In this document: one piece after another, positions 33,115 through 45,485 of the stretch
Numbering within the stretch: the first letter of the stretch is position 1
Layout: every line of letters begins with the position of its first letter
NCBI GenBank assembly: GCA_030390025.1
Contig: CM059432.1
Location: 54,376,001 to 54,440,000 of the forward strand
From: Squalus acanthias
Taxonomy: Eukaryota
Direction: 5' to 3'
Length of the DNA stretch: 64,000 bases
Made by a program: the position numbers and the translations under genes
The notes under the pieces: generated by a model
The model's input: only the letters and a program-made list of their open reading frames with translations
Databases searched by the model: none
What the model was told of the DNA's origin: nothing

Positions 33115-36100
33115 TTTTTTTATTCGTTCATGGGAAATGGGCATCGTTGGCAAGGCCAGCATTTATTGCCCATCCCTAGTTGCCCTTGAGAAGGTGGTGG
33201 TGAGCCGCCTTCTTGAACCGCTGCAGTCCGTGTGGTGAAGGTACTCCCAGTGACGATGAAGGAACGGTGAAATAATTCCAAGTCAGGATGGTGTATGACT
33301 TGGAGGGGAACTTGGAGGAGGTGGTGTTCCCGTGCACCTGCTGCCCTTGTCCTTCTAGGTGGTAGAGCTCACGGGTTTGGGAGGTGCTGCTGAAGAAGCT
33401 TTGGCGAGTTGCTGCAGTGCATCTTGTAGATGGTACACACTGCAGCGACGGTGCACCGGTGGCGGAGGGAGTGAATGCTTAAGGTGGTGGATGGGGTGCC
33501 AATCAAGCGGGCTGCATTGACTTGGATGGTGTCGAGCCTCTTGAGTGTTGTTGGAGCTGCAGTCATACAGGCAGTGAAGAGGATTCCATAAAACTCTTGA
33601 CTTGTGCCTTGTAGATGGTGGAAAGGCTTTGAGGATCAGGAGGTGAGACACTCACCGCAGAATACCTAGCCTCTGACCTGCTCTTGTTGCCACAGTTTTT
33701 ATGTGGCTAGTTCAGTTAAGTTTCTGGTCAATGGTGACCCCCAGGATATTGATGATGAGGGATTCGGCAATGGTAATGCCATTGAATGTCGAGGGGCGGT
33801 GGTTAGACGCTCGCATGTTGGAGATAGTCATTGCCTGGAACTTGTGTGGCGCGAATGTTACCTGCCACTTATCAGCCCAAGCCTGAATGTCGTCCAAGTC
33901 TTGCTACATGCGGGCATGGAATGCTTCATTATCTGAGGAGTTGCGAATGGCACTGAACACTGTGCAGTCATCAGCGAACATCTCCACTTCTGACCTTATG
34001 ATGGAGGGAAGGTCATTGATGAAGCAGCTGAAGATGGTTGGGCATAGGACACTGCCCTGAGGAACTCCTGCAGCGATGTCCTGGGCTGTGATGATCGACC
34101 TCCAACCACCACAACCATCTTCCTTTGTGCTAGGTATGACTCCAGCCAGTGGAGAGTTTGCCCCCCCCGATTCCCATTGACTTCAATTTTACTGGGGCTC
34201 CTTGATGCCACACTCGGTCAAATGCTGCCTTGATGTCAAGGGCAGTCACTCTCACCTCACCTCTGGCATTCAGCTCTTTTATCCATGTTTTGACCAAGGC
34301 TCTAATGAAGTCTGGAGCCGAGTGGTCCTGGCGGAACCCAAACTGAGCATCAGTGAGCAGGTTATTGGTGAGTAAGTGCTGCTTGATAGCACTAACGACG
34401 ACACCTTCCATCACTTTGCTGATGATTGAGAGTGGACTGATAGGGCGGTAATTGGCCGAATTGGATTTGTCCTGCTTTTTGTGGACAAGACATACCTGGG
34501 CAGTTTTCCACATTGTCGGAGAGATACCAGTGTTATAGCTGTACTGGAACAGCTTGGCTAGAGGCAAAGCTAGTTCTGGAGCACAGGTCTTCAGCACGAC
34601 AGCTGGGATATTGTTGGGGCCCATAGCCTTTGTTGTATCCAGTGCGCTTAGCCATTTCTTGATATTATGTGGAGTGAATCAATTGGCTGAAGACTGGCTT
34701 CTGTGATGGTGGGGACCTCAGGAGGAGGCCGATATGGATCATCCACTCAGAGCTTCTGGCTGATGATGGTTGCAAACACTTCAGCTTTCTCTTTTGCACT
34801 CACGTACTGGGCTCCGCCATCATTGAGGATGGGGATATTCATGGAGCCTCCCCCTTCCGTTAGTTGTTTAATAGTCCACCACCATTCACGACTGGATGTA
34901 GCAGGACTGCAGAGCTTTGATCTGATCTGTTGATTGTGGGATCACTTAGCTCTGTCTATAGCATGTTGCTTCTGCTTTTTAGCAGTCCTGTGTTGCAGCT
35001 TCCCCAGGTTGGCTCTGGTGCTGCTCCTGGCACACTCTTCTACACTCCTGATTGGACCAGGGTTGGTCCCCTGGCTTGATGGTAATGGTAGAGTGAGGGA
35101 TATGCTGGGCCATGAAGTTACAATTTTGCTGCTGCTGATGGCCCACAGCGCCTCATGGATGCTCTATTTAGAGCTGCTAGATCTGTTCTGAATCTATCCC
35201 ACTTAGCACGGTGGTAGTGCCACACAACTCGATGGAGGGTGTCCACAGAGTGAAGATGGCACTTCGTCTCCACAATGACTGTGCGGTGCTCACTGCTACC
35301 AAAGCTGTCATGGACAGTTGCATCTGCGACAGGTAGATTGGTGAGGACAAGGGCATGTAGAAACATAGAAAACATAGAAACTAGGAGCAGGAGTAGGCCA
35401 TTCGGCCCGTCGAGCCTGCTCCACCATTCAATACGATCATGGCTGATCATCCAAATCCAGTACCCTGTCCCTGCTTTCTCACACAGAATCCCCATCGAGC
35501 CTGCACCGACACATATCCCACCCTATCCCCGTAACCCCACGTATTTAATTCCCCCTAACATATCCCATCCTATCCCTGTAAGTTTTTCCATCGTGTTGGT
35601 TCTCTCACCACCTGTCGCAGGCCCAGACTGGCAGCTATGTCCTTCAGGACTCGGCCAGTAGTGGTGCTGCCGAGCCACTCTTGGTGATGGACATTGAAGT
35701 CCCCCACCCAGAGTATATTCTGCACCCTTACTACTCTCAGTGCTTCTTCCAAGTGGTGTTCAACATGGAGGAGTACTGATTCATCAGCTGAGGGAGGTAG
35801 GTGGTAATCAGCAGGTTTCCTTGCCCATGCTTGACCTGAAGCCATGAGACTTCATGGGGTCCGGTGTCAATGTTGAGGACTCCCAGGGCCACTAATTCCT
35901 GACTGTATACCACTGTGCCGCCACCCCTGGTGGGTCAGGTGGGAAAGGTCATACCCAGGGATGGTGATGGAGGAGTTTGGAACATTGGCTGAAAGGTCTG
36001 TGAGTATGACTGTTTCAGGTTGTTGCTTGACTAGTCTGTGGGACAGCTCTCCCATTTTGGCACAAGTCCCCAGCTGTTGGTGAGGAGGACTTTGCAGGGT

Positions 36101-36511
36101 CGACTGGGCTGGGTGTGCCGTTGTCGTGTCCGTAGCCAGTGCCGAGGTCGATGCCAGGTGGTCTGTCCGGTTTTATTCATGTTTTTCGTAGTGGTTTGGT
36201 ACAACTGAGTGGGAAGTTAGGCCATTTCAGAGGGCAGTTAAGAGTCAACCACATTGCTGTGGGTTTGGAGTCACAGATAGGTGCAGATTTCCTTCCTTAA
36301 AAGGACATTAGTGAACCAGATGGGTTTTTACAACAATCCGATAGTTTCATGGTCACCATTACTGATACTAGCTTTTTATTCCAGATTTATTTAATTAACT
36401 GAATTTAAATTCCCCAACTGCCGTGGTTGGATTTGAACTCACGTCTCCGGATCATTAGTCCATGCCTCTGGATTACTAGTCCAGTAACATAATCACTATG
36501 CTACCATTCCC
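33115..36511 (-). mobile_element. CR1-group LINE (ALDIKAAFDRVWH-type RT) with tRNA-like 5' head and no ORF1
   Basis: APE fragments (VKQQP..VILT, GDFNVHH, SEH), RT fragments (NYRPIS, QFGFR, ALDIKAAFDRVWHQG); A-rich tail near 33115; A/B-box head at 36425-36511. Confidence 0.85.
35357..35577 (-). mobile_element. 5'-truncated HE1-type SINE
   Basis: Reverse complement nearly identical to the 3' part of 51555-51997. Confidence 0.88.
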
Positions 36512-39500
36512 ATTATTTGCGGAGGGCTAACAAGGCAATAGAATACACAAAAATGGTAGGGTACTGAGAAAAGTAGAGGAACAGAGGGACCTTGGAGTGC
36601 ATGTCCACAGCTCCCTGAAGGTAGCAAGACAGGTAGATAAGGTGGTTAAGAAGGCATATGGGATACTTTTCCTTATTAACTGAGGCATAGAATATAAGAG
36701 AAGGGAGGTTATGCTTGAACTGTCTAAAACACTAGTTAGGCCACAGCTAAAGTACTGTGTACAATTCTGGTCACCACATGACAGGAAGATGTGATTGTAC
36801 TAGAGAGGGTACAGAGGAGATTTATGAGGATGTTGCCAAGACTGGATAATTTTAGCTATGAGGAGAGCTTGGATAGGCTGAGGTTGTTTTCTTTGGAACA
36901 GAGGAGGCTGAGGGGAGACTTGACTGAGGTGTATAAAATTATGAGGGTTCTAGATAGAGTGGATAGGAAGGACCTATTTCCCCTAGCAGAGAGGTCAATA
37001 ACCAGGGGGCAGAGATTTAAAGTAATTGGTAGAAGGATTAGAAGGGAGTTGAGAAGAACTTTTTTCACCCGGAGGGTGGTGGTGTTCTAGAACTCACTGC
37101 CTGAAAGGGTGGTAGAGACAGAAATGCTCATCACATTTAAAAAGTACTTGGATATGCACTTGAAGTGCCGTAAACTTCAGGGCTACGGACCAAGAGCTGG
37201 AAAGAGGGATTAGGCTGGATAGCTCTTTTTCAGCCGGCACAGACTCGATGGGTCGAATGGCCTCCTTCTGTGCATTAATTTCTATGATTCTATGATAAAA
37301 CCTACACAAAAAAATGTTTAGACTTATATTAGCAAAAAGAAGGCGGTCAGGAGCAATGTTGACCCCTTGAAAATGGATATCAGTGATATTTTCAATGATA
37401 ATAAGGAAATGGCGGGCATGTTGAATAATTACTTTGCATCAGTATTTACAGTAGAGCAAGAGGATAGAATGCCAGAAATCCCAAGGAAACTAATATTGAA
37501 TCAGGGACAGGGACTCAATAAAATTTACATAAGCAAAATAACAGTAATGAAGAAAATAATGGCACTAAAGAGTGACAAATCCCCAACACAGATGGTTTCC
37601 ATCCCAGAGTTTTAAAGGAAATAGGTGAGCACATTGCAGATGCCCTAACTATAATCTTCCAAAGTTCTCTCAATTCAGGAACCGTTCCTTTAAATTGGAA
37701 AATTATGCATATCACTCCGCTATTTAAGAATGGTGAGAGAGGGAAACCAAGGAATTATAGACCAGCTAGCCTAACATCTGCCCTCGAGTCTATAATTAAG
37801 GATAGGGTGACTGAACACCTTGAAAATTTTCAGCTGATCAGAGAGAGCCAGCATGGTTTTGTGAAAGATAGGTCAGTCTGACAAAGCTGATGGAATTTTT
37901 TAAAGAGGTGACTAAAGTAGTGGACAGGGAAATGTCTATGTCTATGTTTATTTATTTGGACTTCCAGAAGGCATTTGATAAAGTCCCTCATAAGAGACTG
38001 TTAACTAAGGTTGAAGCTCATGGAATTGAAGGAAAATTATTGACCTTTTTCGGAAATTGGCTGAACGGCAGGAGACAGAGAATAGGGATAATGGGTAGGT
38101 ACTCAAATTGGCAGGACATGTCTGGTGGTGTCCTGCAGGGATCTATGTTGGGGCCTCAACTATTCATTGTATTTATTAATGACTTAGATGATGGGATAGA
38201 AAGCCATATATCCAGATTTGCCGATGACACAAAGATAGGCGGCATTGTAGGCAGTGTAGATGAAAGCATAAAATTACAAAGGGATATCGACAGATTAAGT
38301 GAATGGGCAAAACTGTGGCAAATGTATTTCAATGTAGGCAAATGTGAGCTCATCCACTTTGGACCTAAAAAGGATAGAACAGGGTACTTTCTAAATGGTG
38401 AAAAGCTAAAAACAGTGGAGGTCCAAAGAGACTTGGGGGTTCAGGTACATAGATCATTAAAATGTCATGAACAGGAACAGAAAATAATCAAAAAGGCTAA
38501 TGGAATGCTGGCCTTTATATCTAGAGGACTAGAGTACAATGGGGTAGAAGTTATGCTGCAGCTATACAAAACCCTGGTTAGACCACAGCTGGAGTACTGT
38601 GAGCAGTTCTGGGCACCACACTTCAGGAAGGATATATTGGCCTTGGAGGGAGTGCAGCGTAGGTTTACCAGAATGATACCCGGACTCCGGGGTTAAATTA
38701 CAAGGAGAGATTACACAAATTTGGGTTATATTCCCTAGAATTTAGATGGCTAAAGGGTGATTTGATCGAAGTTTTCAAGATATTAAAGGGAACAGATAGA
38801 GTAGATAGAGAGAAACTATTTCCGTTGGTTGGGGATTCTAAGACTAGGGGGCATAGTCTAAAAATTAGAGCCAGACCTTTCAGGAGTGAAATTAGGAAAC
38901 ACTTCTACACACAAAGGGTGGTAGAAGTTTGGAAATCTCTTCCGCAAATGGCAATTGATGCTAGATCAATTGTTAATTTTAATTCTGAGATTGATAGCTT
39001 TTTGTTAACCAAAGGTATAAAGGGATATGGGGCAAAGGCGGGTATATGGAGTTAGGTCGCAAATCAGCCATGATCTCATTGAATGGCGGAACAGGCTCGA
39101 GAGCTAAATGACCTATGTTCCTATGTTAACATGTTCCTATGTTCCTATCTCTCCTCCTTTCCACCTCCTCCACCAAGGCCTCCAGTGCAGTGTCCGAAAA
39201 TCTTGCAATTCTCTCTCTCCCATGGTGTGCTACTCTTCACTGTTTCCCAGGTCAGTTATCTTCAACCACGACTCCCACCACCTGCTGAAACCAGAATATA
39301 CCTCCCCTTTAAGAGGTGCAGGCTAGCTTTAAGCAGTGCAGGCTAGATTTAACAGGTGCTAGCCTCTTATGATATTGTCCCCCTGCTGATGTGTCCAGCA
39401 GTTAGCACTGGCTGGACACAAAGATCATTTAACTGAGCAGGCAGCACAAAGTTGGTGTGGTGCCTGCATTGCAATCAACGGGCACGGGTTAATCGCGCAT

Positions 39501-39661
39501 CGCGATCCCTGCGCCCATTTTCGGGGGCTATCCAATTTAGCTCCCTATAAGCCATTTTTAAAACTGAATTTAAATCACCATTTTTGTGAGTACAGAGTGA
39601 ATAAGAAAAACTGAAGTTGCACTACGCTGTTACTCTAATCTCATGCCATTTGTATTGTCAC

Positions 39662-40190
39662 TGGGGGTTTATTTTGGCAAAGGGTGAGAACAGGTGCTAA
39701 ATGGGTGCTGTGCTAATAAGAAATGCCTGTTTGAAAGTCCGGATTTAGCACGCAATTTTCAGGCTAATTGATGATTTTCATGACTTGAACGTGCCTGCAG
39801 GCGCTAACCAGAAACTTGCAGGTGTAGCATTGAAGTGCTGATTAGACGCAATTTTCGTGGAGCACTATATGTGGGCTCCTCACACCTACTCCCACTGAAT
39901 GTGTGGAGTGCTCTGGCTGGCACACAACAGCACGTTGCAGGATGGCTCAGGGACTGAATGAGAGTGCGCAGAAGTTCTCGTGGAGGAAGTCCAGAGGAGG
40001 AGGGATGTCCTGAAGCCATGGTGGGAAAAGACGCCACATCGCCCTCCTCACCCTCCTTTCCCTCTCTCCTGCAGCAGCTGCTGCTGCTCTTCCTGGCCTC
40101 ATGTCCTCCTCCCATTCCTCCTGCAGAACAAGGTGGACACCTAACAAGATGCCGATGACCAAGCACTCCCTTTCTCTTGGTGACTCCTAT
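39662..40190. mobile_element. Probable Harbinger end plus start of the transposase region
   Basis: GGGGGTTTATTTTGG start; purine/pyrimidine-biased segment resembling the N-terminal transposase region of other copies; weak. Confidence 0.35.
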
Positions 40191-40204
40191 AAGGTGTCCA
40201 ATAA

Positions 40205-40493
40205 GGTGATGTTGGTTGAGGGATAAATATTGGCCAGGACACCGGGGATAACTCCCCTGCTCTTCTTCAAAATAGTGCCTTGGGATCTTTTACTGTCCAC
40301 CTGAGAGAGCAGACAGGGGCCTCGGTTTAACGTCTCATCCGAAAGATGGCACCTCCGACAGTGCAGCCCTCCCTCAGCACTGCACTGGAGTGTTAGCCTA
40401 GATTTATGTGCTCAAGTCTCTGGAGTGGAACTGTGAACCCACAACCTTCTGACTCAGAGGTGAGTGTGCTACCCACTGAGCCACAGCTGACAC
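40205..40493 (-). mobile_element. DeuSINE (SacSINE1-like)
   Basis: tRNA-like head GTGGCTCAGTGGGTAGCAC...GGGTTCA followed by Deu-domain-like GATGAGACGTTAAACCGAGGCC...AAAGATCCCAAGGCACTATTT...CCGGTGTCCTGGCCAA. Confidence 0.82.
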
Positions 40494-41489
40494 AGAGAGG
40501 TATTCTCATAGCTAATTAGCATCCCAATGTGGCTGCAAGGATGATGGGTTTGATTTATCTTAAATTGATCAGAATCAGTTTTCTGACCCAAAATTGCTTT
40601 ATTCAAGAATGCATGACTGATTCCGCTAATATTTATTTTGAATCACTTTAGCCATTGATTAAGTATCATGTTGTATACAAAGATTACCAATGGTTTGGTT
40701 ACTTAATCAGTTGACTATTAACTTACTATACTAATCAATCAAATTTGTTCTGGTTGACTAATTTTGCTAACACTATTTTAAATTTTCCTAAAATAACAAT
40801 GTGATGATAAAATAACTTTTAGTTACAATCTTAGGGTGAATAGCATGGCTATGAAGTGATTTTACCTTCACAACCTGAACTGCAGCTAATGTCTCAGACC
40901 AGGTTCCTCAATGTATGCCTAATCACTACTCTGGATTCACCTAGTCTTTTTTTACTCTTTTCAGTCTTCGTGGCATCTTGCACTACAGGCCTTGGCTCTT
41001 CGGTGCTGATTCCAGCGTACTAGCAGCAACATACAAACTATGTATGATCAGGCAGCTACAATCATTTAACAGTCACAACAGTGACTTTTGTCATCTGGGC
41101 GAAGACCTTCCCCTCTCCTCTGCACCGAGCAGGAGAAGTTCCGTACCAACCTGCAATACATTAATGGCCTGTATTGCTGTGCTGATCCCTATCTCCCTCT
41201 TGGGCCAAAAGAAGTGGCAACCAATGGCACTTCTTGAGGCAGTTCTTATCACCCTTTTACATTGCAGTCATCAAAATTAGTGCCAGCATCAGTGGTAGCC
41301 CTATATAGTAAATGCAACATTACACAGTGTCTCATTTGGAAAAAAGATGGAAAGAAATAGCTGAAGTTCATACCTCATTCAAAGTACTCAGGTAAGAAGA
41401 TTTATCATATCAGTTTGATTACAATGCTTAGCACACCTCTTTGCTGGAACACAATAGGAGGTATTTGCATAAGCTTTACACTCGCATAT

Positions 41490-42603
41490 CTTCTTCTTCT
41501 TCTTAGGCAGTCCCTCGGAACCGAGGATGACTTGCTTCCACATTAAAAATGAGTTCTCAGGTGACTGATGAGTCCAATACAGGACCTACAGACTCTGTCA
41601 CAGGCAGGGCAGACGGTGGTTGAAGGTGCGAGTGGGTGGGATGTTTGGGTTGACGTGCGCTCCTTGTGCTGCTTGCGCTTGGCTTCCGCTTGCTCCCGGC
41701 GAAGAGACTCGAGGTGTTCGGCGCCTTCCCGGATGCTTCTCCTCCACTTTGTGCGGTCTTGGGCCAGGGATTCCCAGGTGTCGGTGGGGATGTTGCACTT
41801 CTTCAAGGAGGCTTTGAGGGTGTCCTTGAAGCGTTTCCTCTGCCCACCTGGGGCTCTCTTGTCGTGTCGGAGCTCTGAGTAGAGCGCTTGTTTTGGGAGT
41901 CTCGTATCACGCATGCAGACAATGTGACCAGTCCATCGGAGCTGATCGAGCGTGGTCAAAGCTTCGATGCTGGGGATGTTGGCCTGAGCGAGAACACTGA
42001 CGTTGGTGCGCCTATCCTGCCAATGAATTTGCAGGATCTTACCCTCAGTAAGCTCCCCGCTGGAGTGGAGCTAATTTACAGAACAAACGGGAAACTGTTC
42101 AACCTCCGTCGCCTCCAGTCCAGATCTAAGGTCGTCCCATCCTCTGTCATCGAATTACAGTATGCAGACGACGCTTGCGTCTGTGCTCACTCGGAGGTCG
42201 AACTCCAAACCATCGTCAACACCTTCACCGAAGCGTACGAGAGCATGGGCCTTACACTAAACATCCGTAAGACAAAGGTCCTCTACCAACTTGCCCCCGC
42301 CACACAGTACTGCCCCCCGATTATCAAAATCCACGACAAGGCCTTGGACAACGTGGACCACTTTCCATACCTCGGGAGACTACTGTCAACAAGGGCAGAC
42401 GTCGATGACGAAGTCCAACACGGCCTTCAGTGTGCCAGTGCAGCCTTCGGTCGCCTGAGGAAGAGAGTGTTTGAAGACCAGGACCTCAAACCCAGCACTA
42501 AGCTCATGGTCTACAGAGCAGCAGTGATATCCACCCTGCTGTATGCCTCAGAGACATGGACCATGTACAGCAGGCACCTCAAAGCACTGGAGAGGTACCA
42601 CCA
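41490..42603 (-). mobile_element. RTE-clade LINE, 5'-truncated, with 5' inversion
   Basis: 10-bp TSD ACTCGCATAT (41480-41489, 42604-42613); (GAA)n tail; minus segment 41490-42040 (QLRWTGHI...GGQRKRFKD...CPACDRVC..LISHLRTH); plus segment 42041-42603 (LQYADD, FPYLG, LLYASETW). Confidence 0.92.
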
Positions 42604-44007
42604 ACTCGCATATAAACAATCATCAGGTGGATTAATAGTTTCTCATAATCATTTTACTTGTAATTTTGCAACTACAGAATTGCATATGAATGAAGCAACA
42701 AGGTAAAAATGGATTGATAAATTTTAGAAAAATAAATTTGTTTTAAATTTTCACTAAAAAGAACTGAAGAATTTAAATGGGTGTAGGTGGAGATGCAGAA
42801 ATATTCAAAAGCACCATTCATGCAAGTGAGTCCTGCTCGTAAAGTCGACAATTTACCATCAATTGATCTGCATGCATCACCACTGTAAAAATATATAAAA
42901 TAATGATTACATAAAGTTTAACTTTAACTTACTACTCTTATTTGTTTTATTTTTATCTAGGCTATTGTAGACACATAAGTTTGTCTTTGGCTGAAGGGCT
43001 TTCACCTTTCTGCAGAAGAATTTTAACTATCTTAAAAACAACAAAGATTATTTTTTTAAATAGCCATAATAATTACATATTTTAATCATTTGTTTTGGAT
43101 CCAGTTTGAATTTCAATTTTCTTGATTGTTTTCACACTCTAAATATTAACAAGACTATAAATAAACCGTATTAATGTCGTCATATGGCCTTTCCACTAAC
43201 CGCAGCAACAGAGACACTCTTCTGCTATAATTCCTTCCCAAACTGCCCATTTTAAAATATGTTTACATTTTCAGTGCCAGTGAGTCATGCAGCCAGAAAT
43301 TTAGACTAGCATTTTGACAGATTATTAAAATATACTATTTTGAGATTATTAACTGCAGCCATTGCAGTGGTTTGATGTAAAAGGGAATTGGTCCCTGTCT
43401 ATATAGGTGAATAAATTTAAGCAAATGAAAGACTGTTGAATAACAAAATGTATCAGATGGTCTTTATCCAGATGAATATGTTATAAACTAGGATTCCAGA
43501 ACAATAGACAACTATTTATATAAAAAACTTTGCACTTTCTACAAAACTTGTATATATTTGTATTCATCTCCTAAATGAGAATGACGTTTTAAATCTCTTG
43601 TGAATCAGTTTTTCCTCTTTTTAAGATCTCAAGAAAACTGAATACTGGCAGTGTCAAGCAACAGAATTGTAATTCATTCATCTTTATTCATGGATTCACA
43701 GCATTAAACTGCCATAACCTTTTGAGACTAGGGCTATTTTTAAATTTGTCAAGAATAACTGATTTACATCACATTGCTCAAAAAAAGTTAATTCTGCTTA
43801 AACCCAATAATAAAATATTACAAGCATTGATCAGAAATAGCGCATTGAGGATTTAACCACATCTCAGAATATTTTCATTTACCTATGTAGGTTGGATTGC
43901 TAGACTTACTGCACAATATAAATATTCAACAATCAAATACAGCTCAGGAGCTGTTGTGTTGAAGTGCTGGATACCGAAGTGCAATACACAAGCTCCAATC
44001 CCAGTCT

Positions 44008-44510
44008 CATAAGAACATAAGAATTAGGAGCAGGAGTAGGCCATACGGCCCCTCGAGCCTGCTCCACCATTCAATAAGATCATGGCTGATCTTCGACCTC
44101 AACTCCACTTTCCCGCCTGATCCCCATATCCCTTGATTCCCTTAGAGTCCAAAACTCTATCAATCTCAGCCTTGAATATACTCAACGACTGAGCCTCCAC
44201 AGCCCTCTGGGGTAGAGAATTCCAAAGATTCACAACCCTCTGAGTGAAGAAATTTCTCCTCATCTCAGTCCTAAATGGCTGACCCCTAATCCTGAGACTA
44301 TGCCCCCTAGTTCTAGACTCTCCAGCCAGGGGAAACAACCTCTCAGCATCTACCCTGTCAATCCCCCCTCAGAATCATATATGTTTCAATGAGATCACCT
44401 CTCATTCTATTAAACTCCAGAGAGTATAGGCCCATTCGACTCAATCTCTCCTCATAGGACAACCCTCTCATCCCAGGAATCAATCCGGTGAACCTTTGTT
44501 GCACTCCCTG
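44008..44510 (-). mobile_element. CR1 3' fragment
   Basis: ORF 44099..44338- (SRTRGHSLRI...FFTQRVVNLWNSLP); ATAAGAAC tail. Confidence 0.9.
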
Positions 44511-45485
44511 TTAGTCTCTCAACTAACATTCTCACTCGGACCTCTCTCAAATCAAGAAGCTGTGTGAGGAAGTTAAACCACTCTTCCAAATGACCTTTGC
44601 TCTCTGACAGTATAGGCACTTGGGTTCTCAAAACCCTATGTGAAAATCAAGCTGTTCCTTAGGCTTATCTATTTTAGTTGTCCATCAGCTGGTGTTTTTC
44701 CCCATTGATTAGAAAACAGCAAGTATGGAAATTACTGTGAGTAATGCTAATGTTCATATCAAATTGCGCTCTTTGCTATTTTAATCAAGTTAACCCGTTT
44801 AAAATAATCTGGTTAACAACTCTGTTAAGATAATAGAGAGAGGAATTTGATATGAGCACATTAATCTTTTGTACAATCGCACCACTCACCGTAATTTCCA
44901 GGCTAGTGGGGTAAATTTTCAACTTCACTGCCTTGTCGGTAAACTGCCGAGGGTATCGGTAAAGACCCCGCCCAGTTTTTATTGCATTGATTTCATTCAA
45001 TCCACTCACTACAAAGAATTGATATCAGACACTAATTTCTACAGGCCAGCATCTCCAGTGACAAATGGTCATCCTCATGGAAACCACAGTGAATAAGAAG
45101 TATTACAACAGCTCATCACAACAACATGCGAGAAAGTTTACAAACTTGGCTTTAGAGCAAATTGTGGTGCTGTCACTCTCATGGTCCAGAAATAGAGTGA
45201 TTCTCCAAATGACCAGCATGAAATGTGAGCAAGGCATTCAGCATTCATAGAGCATTTAATATAGCACTGCACATCTGGCTTACTGAGAAGTTCGCCTCTT
45301 ACATCATATCTGATGAGCTGCTGAACCAGGCACACAACACCTTTGGTGCTGGTGAGGCACCACGGGATTAACATCTGCATAGAGGTTACTTTATTAGAAA
45401 TAGATAACATGGTTTTAGAACAAAAAGATCATGGCCCAGAATTTGCAGTCAGCGGTGAAGCAATGGCAATTGCCACTGACCTCAA

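Larger units (their letters stand above)
28340..37295 (+). mobile_element. CR1 LINE (second family); pieces 28340-29910, 32850-33115, 36515-37295
   Basis: VYYRPPNS, GDFN, SDHN, RT motifs; resumes after each nested insert; TTCTATGA tail. Confidence 0.85.
27071..39146 (+). mobile_element. CR1 LINE (same family as 53460 copy); pieces 27071-27857 and 37296-39146
   Basis: LKDRLGCVAQIS..NA.SIRN.LNEL..AITETWL APE start; RT ORF 37890..38696; ATCT repeated at both junctions; about 500 bp missing relative to the 53460 copy. Confidence 0.85.
25208..39222 (-). pseudogene. Spliced Harbinger Myb/SANT accessory gene (exon 1 split by about 12 kb of CR1 nest)
   Basis: Exon 1 start RFSDTALEALVEEVERR (39150-39205) joins RDVLYLQGARRPSRHTLRRQW (27000-27070); donor near 26911; exon DKVAHNRRQQELTEGG (acceptor near 26633); final exon acceptor near 26329. 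Confidence 0.75.
22083..39545. mobile_element. Full-structure but decayed Harbinger expanded by nested insertions
   Basis: Transposase (+) 22580-25030; Myb gene (-) 25208-27070 continuing at 39147-39222; imperfect TIR-like ends GCGTGAAATTGGGAT / ATCCAATTTAGCTCCC. Confidence 0.75.
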
